Source: an uncultured Candidatus Saccharibacteria bacterium
Lineage (GTDB): Bacteria > Patescibacteriota > CAZHWT01
Assembly (NCBI GenBank): GCA_964554805.1
Contig: CAZKPX010000001.1
Span: 124,818 to 188,817, forward strand
Direction: 5' to 3'
Length of the DNA stretch: 64,000 nucleotides
The notes below the pieces were generated by a model. The model was not told where the DNA came from. It ran no database searches and worked only from the letters and a program-made list of their open reading frames with translations. This document shows positions 30,575-39,237 of the stretch, in pieces; position 1 is the first letter of the stretch, and each line of letters begins with the position of its first letter. The position numbers and the translations under genes were made by a program.

Positions 30575-30991
30575 TTAGTCGTCTTTGATGAGGTGCTTGT
30601 CTACTACAGATAGGAGATAGTCGACGTCGAAGGGTTTCATGATGAAGTCGTCGACTTGGAGGTCGCGGGCGATTTGGGGGGTGGACATGTTGGCGGAGAC
30701 GAAAATGACGGGGATGGTTTGGCCGACGGGGTGTTGGCGGAGTTGTTTGAAGACATCGCGGCCGTCTCCCCCACCGACCCAGATATCCAGGAGGATGAGC
30801 TGCGGAGGATCTTTTTCAATCAGTGGCATAACCTGATCGGCAGAATCAATAGCTAAGACTTGATAACCCTTTGTTCCAAGGATGGCAGTGAGTGCATCGA
30901 GAATGTCTTGGTCGTCTTCGACTACCATAACCGTGCTATTGTTTGAACTGGCTGGGGCTAATTCTAATTCAAGGGCGACTGATGAGTCCAT
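30575..30991 (-). CDS. Stand-alone response-regulator receiver domain (CheY-like)
   Basis: VMVVEDDQDILDAL ... LILLDIWVGGGDG ... FVSANMS ... K at the expected positions (phospho-acceptor Asp, Thr/Ser, Lys). Confidence 0.7.
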   Translation of the reverse strand: MDSSVALELELAPASSNNSTVMVVEDDQDILDALTAILGTKGYQVLAIDSADQVMPLIEKDPPQLILLDIWVGGGDGRDVFKQLRQHPVGQTIPVIFVSANMSTPQIARDLQVDDFIMKPFDVDYLLSVVDKHLIKDD

Positions 30992-31012
30992 ATGTTAGTC
31001 TGCTTGGCAGTG

Positions 31013-32203
31013 TTAAAGGTATTTGGCTACATTTGCATAGTGCTCACTCAGAGTCTCAGCATAATACACATTTCCATCACTATCATGCAAGTAGTAAAGG
31101 TATGGTGTGTCTTTTGGCATGGCTACTGCCTTGATGGCTTCGAGGCTGGGATTGGCAATTGGAGCGGGCGGAAGACCCACATTTCGACGGGTATTATAGG
31201 GTGATGGGGTGGCCAGATCCACCTCGGTGATAGCATGTCTCCACCAGGTCTTTTCGGCATTTGAATAGCCGAGGAAATACTGAATGGCTGCATCAGCCCC
31301 AAGTATTTCTCCGGTACGTAGGCGGGTTAGCATGATATCGCCGATAATTGGTCGTTCGTCTCCTGAATATGATTCTCGCTCAATAATAGCAGCTAGGATC
31401 AACGCTTGGTACTCAGTCAGATTCTGCTTGGCAAAGCCGGCTTGAACATCTGGGGTAACCTTTTTAAGGTAATTGTCTAGCATTTTGACAATAAGCTCTT
31501 GGGCGGTGGCGTCACTGTCGATGTGATAGGTATCAGGAAACAAGTAACCCTGGAGGCTGGAGGCTGGAGGCAGTCGATTGCCTAGTTTTTGGCGGAGGGC
31601 GGCGTTTGGGGTAAGGGCAAGATCCGAAAATTCCTTGCCGGTAAAGCTGATTTTGCCTTGCTGATACTGTTTATCTATTTCTTCGGCTAATTCTTCTCGT
31701 CGCCAGCCTTCCGGGAAGGTGATGATGGCTTGTTGTCGTTCAGCAAGCGATAGTCGGTCGGTTAAATCTTTCATTGAAATATTTTGAGGGATGGAAAAGT
31801 TGCCGGCTTGAATGGCGCTCTTGGGATTGAGGCGCAGATACATCTTAAAATACTCAATATTGGCAATTAATCTGGCTTGCAGCAATTGCTGCGATATCTG
31901 ATCGGCAGTTACGCCGGGCTCAATAGTCAAGGCAACCGGCTGGCCGGACGGCTGAGCAGGAGTGTAGGCAGCTTGGTAATACTGATAGCCGAACCAACCA
32001 GCGATGGCTATAGCTAGGATAGCTACGGCGGCGATTGCTAGGCCAATCCATTTGAAGAGCGCGCGTCTAGGTTTGGAGACTGGAGGCTGGAGGCTGGAGG
32101 CTGGGTTGGAAAATTCTAGTGATGGCATACTTGATGACTCTGATGGTGATTGGATGGGGTCTGGATTGGTTGGGGTATTTGGTTCGAGGTTACTATTATT
32201 CAT
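31013..32203 (-). CDS. mltG: YceG/MltG-like endolytic transglycosylase with a Pro/Ser-rich N-terminus and TM anchor
   Basis: Single TM anchor, then a C-terminal YceG-like domain (ITFPEGWRREE..., GLPPAPIANPS). Adjacent to ruvX, as commonly seen. Confidence 0.55.
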   Translation of the reverse strand: MNNSNLEPNTPTNPDPIQSPSESSSMPSLEFSNPASSLQPPVSKPRRALFKWIGLAIAAVAILAIAIAGWFGYQYYQAAYTPAQPSGQPVALTIEPGVTADQISQQLLQARLIANIEYFKMYLRLNPKSAIQAGNFSIPQNISMKDLTDRLSLAERQQAIITFPEGWRREELAEEIDKQYQQGKISFTGKEFSDLALTPNAALRQKLGNRLPPASSLQGYLFPDTYHIDSDATAQELIVKMLDNYLKKVTPDVQAGFAKQNLTEYQALILAAIIERESYSGDERPIIGDIMLTRLRTGEILGADAAIQYFLGYSNAEKTWWRHAITEVDLATPSPYNTRRNVGLPPAPIANPSLEAIKAVAMPKDTPYLYYLHDSDGNVYYAETLSEHYANVAKYL

Positions 32204-32609
32204 ATGATTCTAAGTAGTGGTTAAGAATGGCAGCGGCGGCATAGCTGTCTTCGAGCAGGCGGCGGCGTTTTTGCGATAGACCTGAGGCGATCATCATGGC
32301 CATGGCTTGTTTGGTAGTCATTATTTCGGAGTGGAAATGGCTGGGTAGGCTGGTTTGCCGACTGACGAGCTCAGCTAGTTTGGCGATAGTCTGGGTGGCT
32401 GGGGTATTGGTTTGCAGATTGTCGGCTGGCCAACCCCATAACAAGGCTTCTGGTCGCTCTTGGTCGACAACTGTCACGATGCGACTGATTAGCTCAACCT
32501 GCGAGTTGTAGCGAATAACTTCGAGCGGACGAGACGGAGTCATACTGCCAATGGCTAGGCCGACCTTGGAAGTACCATAATCAAGACATAAAAAAACTGG
32601 CTGATCCAT
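32196..32609 (-). CDS. ruvX: Putative Holliday-junction resolvase / pre-16S rRNA nuclease RuvX (YqgF)
   Basis: Starts at the internal MDQPVFLCLDYGTSKVGLAIG (RNase H-like DxGxxxxGxA motif). The ORF-track N-terminal extension (PHLPPPTSY) is encoded by a CCTCC repeat and is probably not translated. Confidence 0.65.
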   Translation of the reverse strand: MDQPVFLCLDYGTSKVGLAIGSMTPSRPLEVIRYNSQVELISRIVTVVDQERPEALLWGWPADNLQTNTPATQTIAKLAELVSRQTSLPSHFHSEIMTTKQAMAMMIASGLSQKRRRLLEDSYAAAAILNHYLESYE

Positions 32610-32828
32610 TACCTGTATTGTACAACACTCTTGGGATTGAAGGTAGGAGGTGGGAGGTGGGAGGTGGGGCGAACTGGTACGGGTGACGAGCACGGGTAAA
32701 GAATCACTATCCATGTATTGACGCGTACTCGTCCTTGTTGCTCGCCCTACAACAACCTCCTACCTTCCACCTTCTGATCTGGGTTATTGCAGCTGGACTA
32801 ATTGTGGATAAAGGGCTAAAATGCGCCC

Positions 32829-34484
32829 ATGTCACAATCAGTGGGGCTAGGCAAGCCTGGCCAAAAACATGGGCTGCCTGAATCTAGCTTTACCCTCGGT
32901 CATACCGGATCTTCTGGGCAGATTTCTCCTGTTATTCAACAATTTATAGATTTACGCCAAACCTTGATTGGTCAGGCCGGATCCAAACAGCCGATGGTCG
33001 AGGTTAATGAGGCAGTAGGCATGTGGGCGTTTGCCTATGAGAAACTGCGCAATAGTGTTGAATATCGCGAAGAGACGGTATTGCTTCGAGCAGCTATTAA
33101 ACGTATTTTGAAACGACGACTGAGCCCTTTATGGAACTATGAATCTACTGCCAGCGCGCTGGTAAGAGAATTGATCTGGGCTCGATATTTGAAGAATGAT
33201 GCCGTGCCTCAGTCTAAAGTCGAAGAGATTGAGAAGTTGTTGGCCAAATATAGCGTATTGCGGCAAGCTATGGTGGGCAACAAAGAGGCGGAGGAATGGG
33301 AAGATTGGATATTGGGTATTGCGGCTTGTGATATTGAGCAGGTGTTGCTGAGTCGACAAGCTAGTTATGCCCTGGCAGAAGTGATGTTGCTGTGGTTGAA
33401 AGATAACATGGTGGTCAAGGGGATGCCGGCTGGAGATGTCGAGTTGCAATTGTATCTGGCGGTACACCGAACATTGCTCAAATCTGATCGCAGTCTATTA
33501 AACTATCATTTATTTTTGATAAATGTAGCTGGCTGGCATCAAGCTGACGAGAAAAAGGCTTTGGAGGTTGCTAAACAGCTGGCCTCAATACGCAAGAGAT
33601 TGGATGAGCAGCTTAACTACGAACATGGCCAGGCTTTGGCTAGAGCGGTTAAGAAGCAGACCCCACCTTTTATTGTACTGGATGATATAGTCAGCGCTAA
33701 TCTGGAGATGGCTACTGCGAATGTAGGAGATGCCGACACTCTTGATAAGAAGGTTGAAACGGTTTGCCAAAGCCGCTATCGGCAAATTGGCCAGCGTATC
33801 AGGACGGCTATTTTCCGAAGTATTATTTATATCTTTATTACCAAAGTTGGCTTGGCGCTATTGCTTGAAGTGCCGTTTGATAATTATTTTTATGGTGAGA
33901 TCCATTGGCCTCAACTGGCTTTTAATATTGCCTTTCCCCCACTGTTTATGGCTATTCTAGGTCTGAGCATCAAGACGCCGAGCGATAAAAATACAGAGGT
34001 CATAGGGCAAAAATTGCTGCGAATTGTGCAAGGGCTGCCTGATAAAGAGGTAATTAATCTGGATAATGGCTCATCACGGGCATCCGCTTGGTCGTGGATT
34101 TTCTTTGTAATATCTGCCGCGACATTTATTGGCGTATCGCTGCTGCTGTGGCAGTTCGACTTTACCATCATGGGCATTGGCTTATTCTTGTTCTTCTTCT
34201 GCGTGGTGGTGTTCTTTACCTATCGGGTGAGGCAGATTGCCCGCGAGATGAGCGTTATTCGGGAGAAGGAAAACTTTATAGAAAGTTGGATTACGATTAT
34301 TACTTTGCCATTTTTGGCACTTGGTTATCGATTATCAACCGAGTTCGGCAAGATCAATGTGACAACCTTTATTCTGGATGTATTGTTGGAAGCACCGTTT
34401 AAATTTATTCTGGATATGGCTGAAAGCTGGGTGAGTTTTGTTCGAACTAAACGGGATGAAGTGATTGATCGGCATGATTACTGA
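32829..34484 (+). CDS. Hypothetical protein (551 aa): soluble N-terminal domain of about 330 aa plus a C-terminal multi-TM domain
   Basis: Long ORF with no family recognised. It is followed by a GCGACGAG repeat and a hairpin. Confidence 0.5.
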   Translation: MSQSVGLGKPGQKHGLPESSFTLGHTGSSGQISPVIQQFIDLRQTLIGQAGSKQPMVEVNEAVGMWAFAYEKLRNSVEYREETVLLRAAIKRILKRRLSPLWNYESTASALVRELIWARYLKNDAVPQSKVEEIEKLLAKYSVLRQAMVGNKEAEEWEDWILGIAACDIEQVLLSRQASYALAEVMLLWLKDNMVVKGMPAGDVELQLYLAVHRTLLKSDRSLLNYHLFLINVAGWHQADEKKALEVAKQLASIRKRLDEQLNYEHGQALARAVKKQTPPFIVLDDIVSANLEMATANVGDADTLDKKVETVCQSRYRQIGQRIRTAIFRSIIYIFITKVGLALLLEVPFDNYFYGEIHWPQLAFNIAFPPLFMAILGLSIKTPSDKNTEVIGQKLLRIVQGLPDKEVINLDNGSSRASAWSWIFFVISAATFIGVSLLLWQFDFTIMGIGLFLFFFCVVVFFTYRVRQIAREMSVIREKENFIESWITIITLPFLALGYRLSTEFGKINVTTFILDVLLEAPFKFILDMAESWVSFVRTKRDEVIDRHDY

Positions 34485-34488
34485 TTGC

Positions 34489-34520
34489 AAGCGACGAGCG
34501 ACGTGCGACAGGCGACGAGG
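34489..34520. repeat. Copy of the GCGACGAGCGACGTG... heptad-repeat element
   Basis: GCGACGAGCGACGTGCGACAGGCGACGAGG, immediately after the stop of the 551-aa gene. Confidence 0.6.
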
Positions 34521-34545
34521 TTGAGTTTGAAATATTTTGATGTGG

Positions 34546-34579
34546 TACGAAAAAGCGCTTGGATTGGTATCCAAGCGCT
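34546..34579 (-). terminator. Terminator of the tRNA cluster: 9-bp perfect hairpin AGCGCTTGG-loop-CCAAGCGCT followed by TTTTTCG on the minus strand
   Basis: Inverted repeat seen directly. It may also terminate the convergent 551-aa gene. Confidence 0.55.
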
Positions 34580-34610
34580 GTGGCCGAAATGGCCGGTGTC
34601 TCTGACCTTG

Positions 34611-34681
34611 AGCGGATGAGAGGATTCGAACCTCCAGCCTTCCCAGGAGTCGGGATGCTCTGCCTTTTGAGCTTCATCCGC
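34611..34681 (-). tRNA. tRNA-like gene with a non-canonical anticodon arm (4-bp stem, loop GACUCCU); isotype unassigned, possibly a pseudo-tRNA
   Basis: Perfect 7-bp acceptor stem (GCGGATG/CATCCGC). D arm GCTC-AAAAGGCA-GAGC. T arm GGAGG-TTCGAAT-CCTCT. The anticodon region is 2 nt short and lacks U33 and R37. Confidence 0.5.
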
Positions 34682-34697
34682 ACTTCCTCATGAAGGG

Positions 34698-34773
34698 CGC
34701 CCGCAGAGGGATTTGAACCCCCGATCTGCTCTTTACGAAAGAGCTGCTCTAGTCCAGGCTGAGCCACACGGGC
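34698..34773 (-). tRNA. tRNA-Thr (anticodon CGU)
   Basis: 76-nt cloverleaf. Acceptor GCCCGTG/TGCGGGC, anticodon stem GCTCT/AGAGC, loop TTCGTAA, T loop TTCAAAT. No encoded CCA. Confidence 0.8.
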
Positions 34774-34817
34774 GATATGCCGACTTGCTTTATGCTCTGG
34801 CGAAACCTGAGCAGTAG

Positions 34818-34891
34818 TGGGCGAGAAAGGATTCGAACCTCTGACCTCAGAACTGTCAGTCCTGCGCTCTTACCATCTGAGCTACACGCCC
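34818..34891 (-). tRNA. tRNA-Val (anticodon GAC)
   Basis: 74-nt cloverleaf. Acceptor GGGCGTG/CTCGCCC, D arm GCTC-AGATGGTAA-GAGC, anticodon loop CTGACAG, T loop TTCGAAT. Confidence 0.85.
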
Positions 34892-35211
34892 GTCTCCGTT
34901 TTGCCTTGGCTATATTGGCCTGGGCACATTTTCTTAGGGGAGGTAGTTGAGGAATACTCCTCAACTCCTCCTGCATTTACGCTCAACGATAACAGATAGC
35001 ATCGTGCATCAACAAACGATTTTCTCGGGGAAGACCTCGTTGGATGCTGGACCTATCTGCTGCTTCCGCTGTTCCGAGACGGCGCGCGAGCGTGTCTGAA
35101 TCTTATATCATGTTTATAAAATAGCTGTCAACAAGATGTTTGCACTACAATTAGTTGCATCGCATTGGTGACGAGGACGAGGAATGCCAATTTAAAAGCA
35201 CTTACGAGCCA

Positions 35212-36774
35212 TTAGTCCGATTTGATTTCGACTTTGATTTGGATGGCTGAGTCTCGGCTAGGGAGATTGTCGAATGGTGCAGGGAGTTTGGGGCTGAGTT
35301 TGATGTCGTAACCGCTGAAGTTGGGTTGCCCCTTGAGATACTCTTCGACAATACTAGGATTTTTGCCTTTGACTTGGCTGATAAGGGAGGCCGTGTCGAT
35401 GTCAGGGATTATCTGGGCGCGGAAAGTTGAGGTTATTTGCATTACGCCATCATCCTCCACTTCGGTTACGGCGGTTTCAATAGCCGGCTCCTGATCAGTT
35501 AGTTTGTAGCCTTCAGGTACTTTGCCCTCAATAGTCTCACTGAGTAGTGAATTTAGATCTGTCTTGCTAACCACAGGAGAGGAGGCAGTCATAGTCAGAT
35601 TGAGAGTAAAGTTTTCTGCTTCTTCGTTAGTGGCTTTGCTGAAATCGGCGGTGGTAACTTTTATTTCAATAGCGTCATCGAGTAGAAGCTGGTCTGAGGT
35701 GATTTTGGCTTGGAGATCCTTGATGGCTTGCTTCTCTACTTCATCGGTTAATGACTGCAGTGCCTCTTGCCTGTCTTGGGAGGTGACTACGGTGACATTC
35801 TTTTTGGTTCCGCCAGTAAAAGCTGCATCATTACGGCCGGTCATGGAAGAGCTGCCAAAATTGCCGATGCTGAAGGTGCTCTTGGCGGCTACATTATATT
35901 CAGGACCAATTTGAGTAGCGGTCACTGCAGCATCGATCTTGCCGGGGGTGGTCTTGTTGATGGTTTCGAGAGTGTCGGGATCAATGGCTACTTCGGTCGT
36001 TGCGGCAGGTGCGGTAACTGAGCGGTTTAAGGCAAAGCTGACGTTGTCGGTTTTGACGATGGTGCCCTGTGGCAAAGTGCGGGGCTGCGTGGTTTGATTG
36101 AAAATAGTGATGGTGCCAGTGGCTTTTTCACCAACATCTTTTTTGCCAGTGGCGGCAAAGGATTTTTGCTGACTCGTTTCAACGGATACAACAGTTGCTG
36201 GCACCACCATATCTTGTTGATTGACAGAGGTGGCATCTGGGTTGGCGGTTAATTGAACATCACGATCAATGGTTCGCTCCTGAGTGTAAATGGTAATAGT
36301 GGCTTGTGGTAGGAAATAGAGGGCCATCATGATGCCGCCAATACCAACTGCCAGGAAGATAGCAACGAGGCTGACGGCTACCTTATGGCCGGCTAGCCAG
36401 GCCTTGATGGACTGTAGTTTGGAGGTGGGAGCTTGGGGGCTGGAGGTAGTGGGGGGCGCTACTTCTGCTGGTTCAGCGAGAGCGGCTGAGGGGTCGACGA
36501 TGGGGGCAGGGCTGTCAGTCTTGAGACCGGCTCGGGCGGCTAGGGCGGCTGTTTGGTGGCTGGCGGTGCTGATAGTAATAGATTTGCCAAGTTGAGCGGC
36601 GCGGTCGGCTAAAACTCGAAAGGCAATATCTCCTTGAGCAATACTGGCTCGGGCCGGCACGTCAATGGTAACTGAGGCAGCTGGCTCATCTATCAGCTTT
36701 TGAATAAGTTGACCCAGCTCTTCTTGAGGGCTGAGGTGAATAGTGGCAGAGGTGAGGGTGTTTGATTGATCCAT
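35212..36774 (-). CDS. Hypothetical bitopic membrane protein (520 aa): cytoplasmic N-terminal domain of about 135 aa, one TM, large Thr-rich extracytoplasmic domain
   Basis: ORF immediately downstream of the FtsA-like gene (13-nt gap). Confidence 0.5.
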   Translation of the reverse strand: MDQSNTLTSATIHLSPQEELGQLIQKLIDEPAASVTIDVPARASIAQGDIAFRVLADRAAQLGKSITISTASHQTAALAARAGLKTDSPAPIVDPSAALAEPAEVAPPTTSSPQAPTSKLQSIKAWLAGHKVAVSLVAIFLAVGIGGIMMALYFLPQATITIYTQERTIDRDVQLTANPDATSVNQQDMVVPATVVSVETSQQKSFAATGKKDVGEKATGTITIFNQTTQPRTLPQGTIVKTDNVSFALNRSVTAPAATTEVAIDPDTLETINKTTPGKIDAAVTATQIGPEYNVAAKSTFSIGNFGSSSMTGRNDAAFTGGTKKNVTVVTSQDRQEALQSLTDEVEKQAIKDLQAKITSDQLLLDDAIEIKVTTADFSKATNEEAENFTLNLTMTASSPVVSKTDLNSLLSETIEGKVPEGYKLTDQEPAIETAVTEVEDDGVMQITSTFRAQIIPDIDTASLISQVKGKNPSIVEEYLKGQPNFSGYDIKLSPKLPAPFDNLPSRDSAIQIKVEIKSD

Positions 36775-36786
36775 GATTTGTCCTGT

Positions 36787-38079
36787 TTAGCTCATTTGCT
36801 TGACGATATCCTGAAAGGCAGAGGCTACTTCGGTGTCTTCTTGTTGTCGTTGCAACCAGAATAAGGAAAGGGCGGCTAGAGACATATCGGCGGCGGATAA
36901 AGATTTGGTCTGATCAAATAACTTGGGCAAGATATCTATGTGCAAAATTTCTATAGTTGGCTGCTGGCTAAAGCCAAGAGCTTTGGTCCATTTTTCTTTG
37001 CCCAAGGTGCTCACTAAGTCTTCTAGCTGACTACCCCCACCGGAAAGATATACTTGGTTGGGTAAGGCATTTTCGTTATCTAGTTGTGACAAGGCAATAC
37101 TTAGGCCATGTAGCCAGATATCAACTTCTTCTTTGATAATTGGTTTAATTGTTTTTTCTTGGGTGGCGGAGATAGCTTTTTGGTTGTAGTCTATCTTTAG
37201 TTTTTCAGCTTCATCCATGGTCATGGAATATTGTTTGGCGAGACGCGTGGTGATGGCGCGGCCAGCAATAGGGAAAGTGCGAGTATTGGTGACCGAGCCG
37301 CTCTCAACAAGCGTAACTGTGGTTGTGCCGGAACCAATATCAATGACGATGGCGTTGGCTTGCTGAGGTTTAGATACGACTGAAATAGCTGCTTCGGCCA
37401 ATGCATAGGCTTCTGAAGTGAGAGAGGACAGGTCTACATTGAGCTGATTAAGAATTTGTTGTAAGGCTACTACTGTTTGGTCGGCAACGTAGGCTGTAAA
37501 GAGACTGACTTCGACTTCTTTGCCGGCGAAATTAATCGGCGAGGTTACGGTGTAGCCGTCCAAGCTAAATCGAGTTACACCGGCATTGACCAGACGGACT
37601 TGATCGGCCGTAATGGCCATATCTTTGGCAACAGTTTCCTGATTGTCAGCTAGGACATTTTGAGTGACTCTTTCCAGGATTAGCTTGAGTTCTTTGTGGT
37701 CGATTTTGTCTTTGGCATTGGGACGGTTGAGACGAGCCAGAGTGCTGACTCCGGAGACAAGGGCTCCGCCGAGGCCCAAAATGAGTTGTTCGGATAATAC
37801 GCCAGCTTGGTCAATGGCTTTGGAAGATGCTTGGTCCATGGTCTCGACCAGAACATCGAGATTGGCAATTAGACCAGCATTCATAGTGGATGGCTGTTGC
37901 GGTACATAGCCATATCCTAGGATGTGAATACCGTCTGGCTGGGCTTCAATAATGGCAGCGCGTACTGCAGAAGCACCGACATCGATGACTGTGAAGTACT
38001 GGGATTCAGAGGGTTGATCAGATTTTTTGGGCTTTAAAGCGGGAACCGAGGGCAGTTTGGGCAATTTCATAAGCAACAA
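36787..38079 (-). CDS. Actin-fold ATPase of the FtsA/PilM family
   Basis: VIDVGASAVRAAI (phosphate-1-like), ...DIGSGTTTVTL, SGGGSQLEDL (adenosine/phosphate-2-like), and a C-terminal amphipathic segment. Confidence 0.6.
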   Translation of the reverse strand: MLLMKLPKLPSVPALKPKKSDQPSESQYFTVIDVGASAVRAAIIEAQPDGIHILGYGYVPQQPSTMNAGLIANLDVLVETMDQASSKAIDQAGVLSEQLILGLGGALVSGVSTLARLNRPNAKDKIDHKELKLILERVTQNVLADNQETVAKDMAITADQVRLVNAGVTRFSLDGYTVTSPINFAGKEVEVSLFTAYVADQTVVALQQILNQLNVDLSSLTSEAYALAEAAISVVSKPQQANAIVIDIGSGTTTVTLVESGSVTNTRTFPIAGRAITTRLAKQYSMTMDEAEKLKIDYNQKAISATQEKTIKPIIKEEVDIWLHGLSIALSQLDNENALPNQVYLSGGGSQLEDLVSTLGKEKWTKALGFSQQPTIEILHIDILPKLFDQTKSLSAADMSLAALSLFWLQRQQEDTEVASAFQDIVKQMS

Positions 38080-38284
38080 ATGAGTATCGCAATTGATACT
38101 GTTGTTTATATATTAAAGCATTTTTGGGGGGTAAGGGGCAAGGTGAAGGATTTGGAGTGGTGATGAGGATGGGTGACGAGGACGAGTTTGTATAGTTAAA
38201 TTTGACAGAGTACTGGTTTGTAAAAGCGAGACACCCCCGGCGACAGTGTTGTCGACGGGGGTGGAAGTTTTAGCAATGACCCTG

Positions 38285-38593
38285 CTACCTTTCTGAGCTG
38301 AGGTGTATATTGACCACCTCTACTGGAAGTTGTTTTATTTGATCGCGGGCTACTAGCCCCATTGTGTACAAACCGCGTAGATCTACAGTTTGGAAAGCTA
38401 AGTCAAAGTTTTCGAATCCTTCTCCAGACCATTTTTCCTCAACTTGCCGGACTACCTCCTGGCGTACTTGCTCTGTAATGAGATCGCGAGGTGCAATAAG
38501 GGTTATTACCCCGCTCTTTCCCCCAGGCAAGCTGAAAGGTAGCTGTTCACTGTAGGGCTGATCAACAGTCTGAGATGCATCCTGGCCAGTCAT
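38285..38593 (-). CDS. Hypothetical protein (102 aa)
   Basis: ORF only. Confidence 0.4.
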   Translation of the reverse strand: MTGQDASQTVDQPYSEQLPFSLPGGKSGVITLIAPRDLITEQVRQEVVRQVEEKWSGEGFENFDLAFQTVDLRGLYTMGLVARDQIKQLPVEVVNIHLSSER

Positions 38594-38789
38594 GTCTCAA
38601 CCTTTCACCTAAATCTCGTCCGGTCTCCTCTATAACTATCTCCTTTTAACTCTTGGACGAGGTAATGTCAAGCATTTTCTTCCTGCCTAATTATTTAAGA
38701 CGGTTAACGCATTTGATATGAGAATGAATGAATAAAAACAGAAGCGATCTACTTCTTGTAGGATTATTTGTTTTGTTATAGCAATTTGT

Positions 38790-38833
38790 TTTTAAATAAA
38801 AACGAAGAACCCCGCCTGGTAGACCGGACGGGG
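38790..38833 (-). terminator. GC-rich hairpin followed by a U tract (terminator of the 125-aa gene)
   Basis: CCCCGCC...GGACGGGG stem, with TTCTTCGTTTTTATTT on the minus strand. Confidence 0.5.
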
Positions 38834-38859
38834 TTGTATTCCTCGAGACGAGGTGTGTC

Positions 38860-39237
38860 CTAGCCGAAGCTGAGGACCGGAGCGGGCAGATAGAAGGTCT
38901 CGACGACCTCCTTGGCGCCCGCGATGATGACGCCGCGCTGCTTGAGCTCGATAACCTCTTCTACGGCGTGATGATCACGCTGAGAAAAAGGCACTGAGAG
39001 CCAGTGGTCGACGACATCGACATCGCCGGCATCTTCGATGAACTTGCGCATGTCGGCAATGGTGCCAGTGGCAAGTGGCAAGTTCGGACTTCCCTCCTCC
39101 ATGAAAAGGAAGACCGGGCCTACCGCCTCAGCCTGGCCGAAGAGGCTGTCTCCTTGGAGCTCCCGGATTGCGGTCACGCCATTGTTCGAAAACTGTCCAA
39201 AAGTGCGACGCATTATATTCTCCAATGCGCTATCCAT
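38860..39237 (-). CDS. Hypothetical protein (125 aa), encoded in a compositionally atypical GC-rich segment (about 58% GC)
   Basis: ORF with strongly GC3-biased codons, unlike neighbouring genes. Confidence 0.5.
   Translation of the reverse strand: MDSALENIMRRTFGQFSNNGVTAIRELQGDSLFGQAEAVGPVFLFMEEGSPNLPLATGTIADMRKFIEDAGDVDVVDHWLSVPFSQRDHHAVEEVIELKQRGVIIAGAKEVVETFYLPAPVLSFG

Noticed and set aside
34611-34681. Possibility that the aberrant tRNA-like gene is the 3' tRNA-like domain of tmRNA
   Set aside because: A complete D arm is present and no upstream tag-reading-frame or pseudoknot region is evident. The acceptor pairs with its own immediate 5' end, so a (pseudo)tRNA is more parsimonious.
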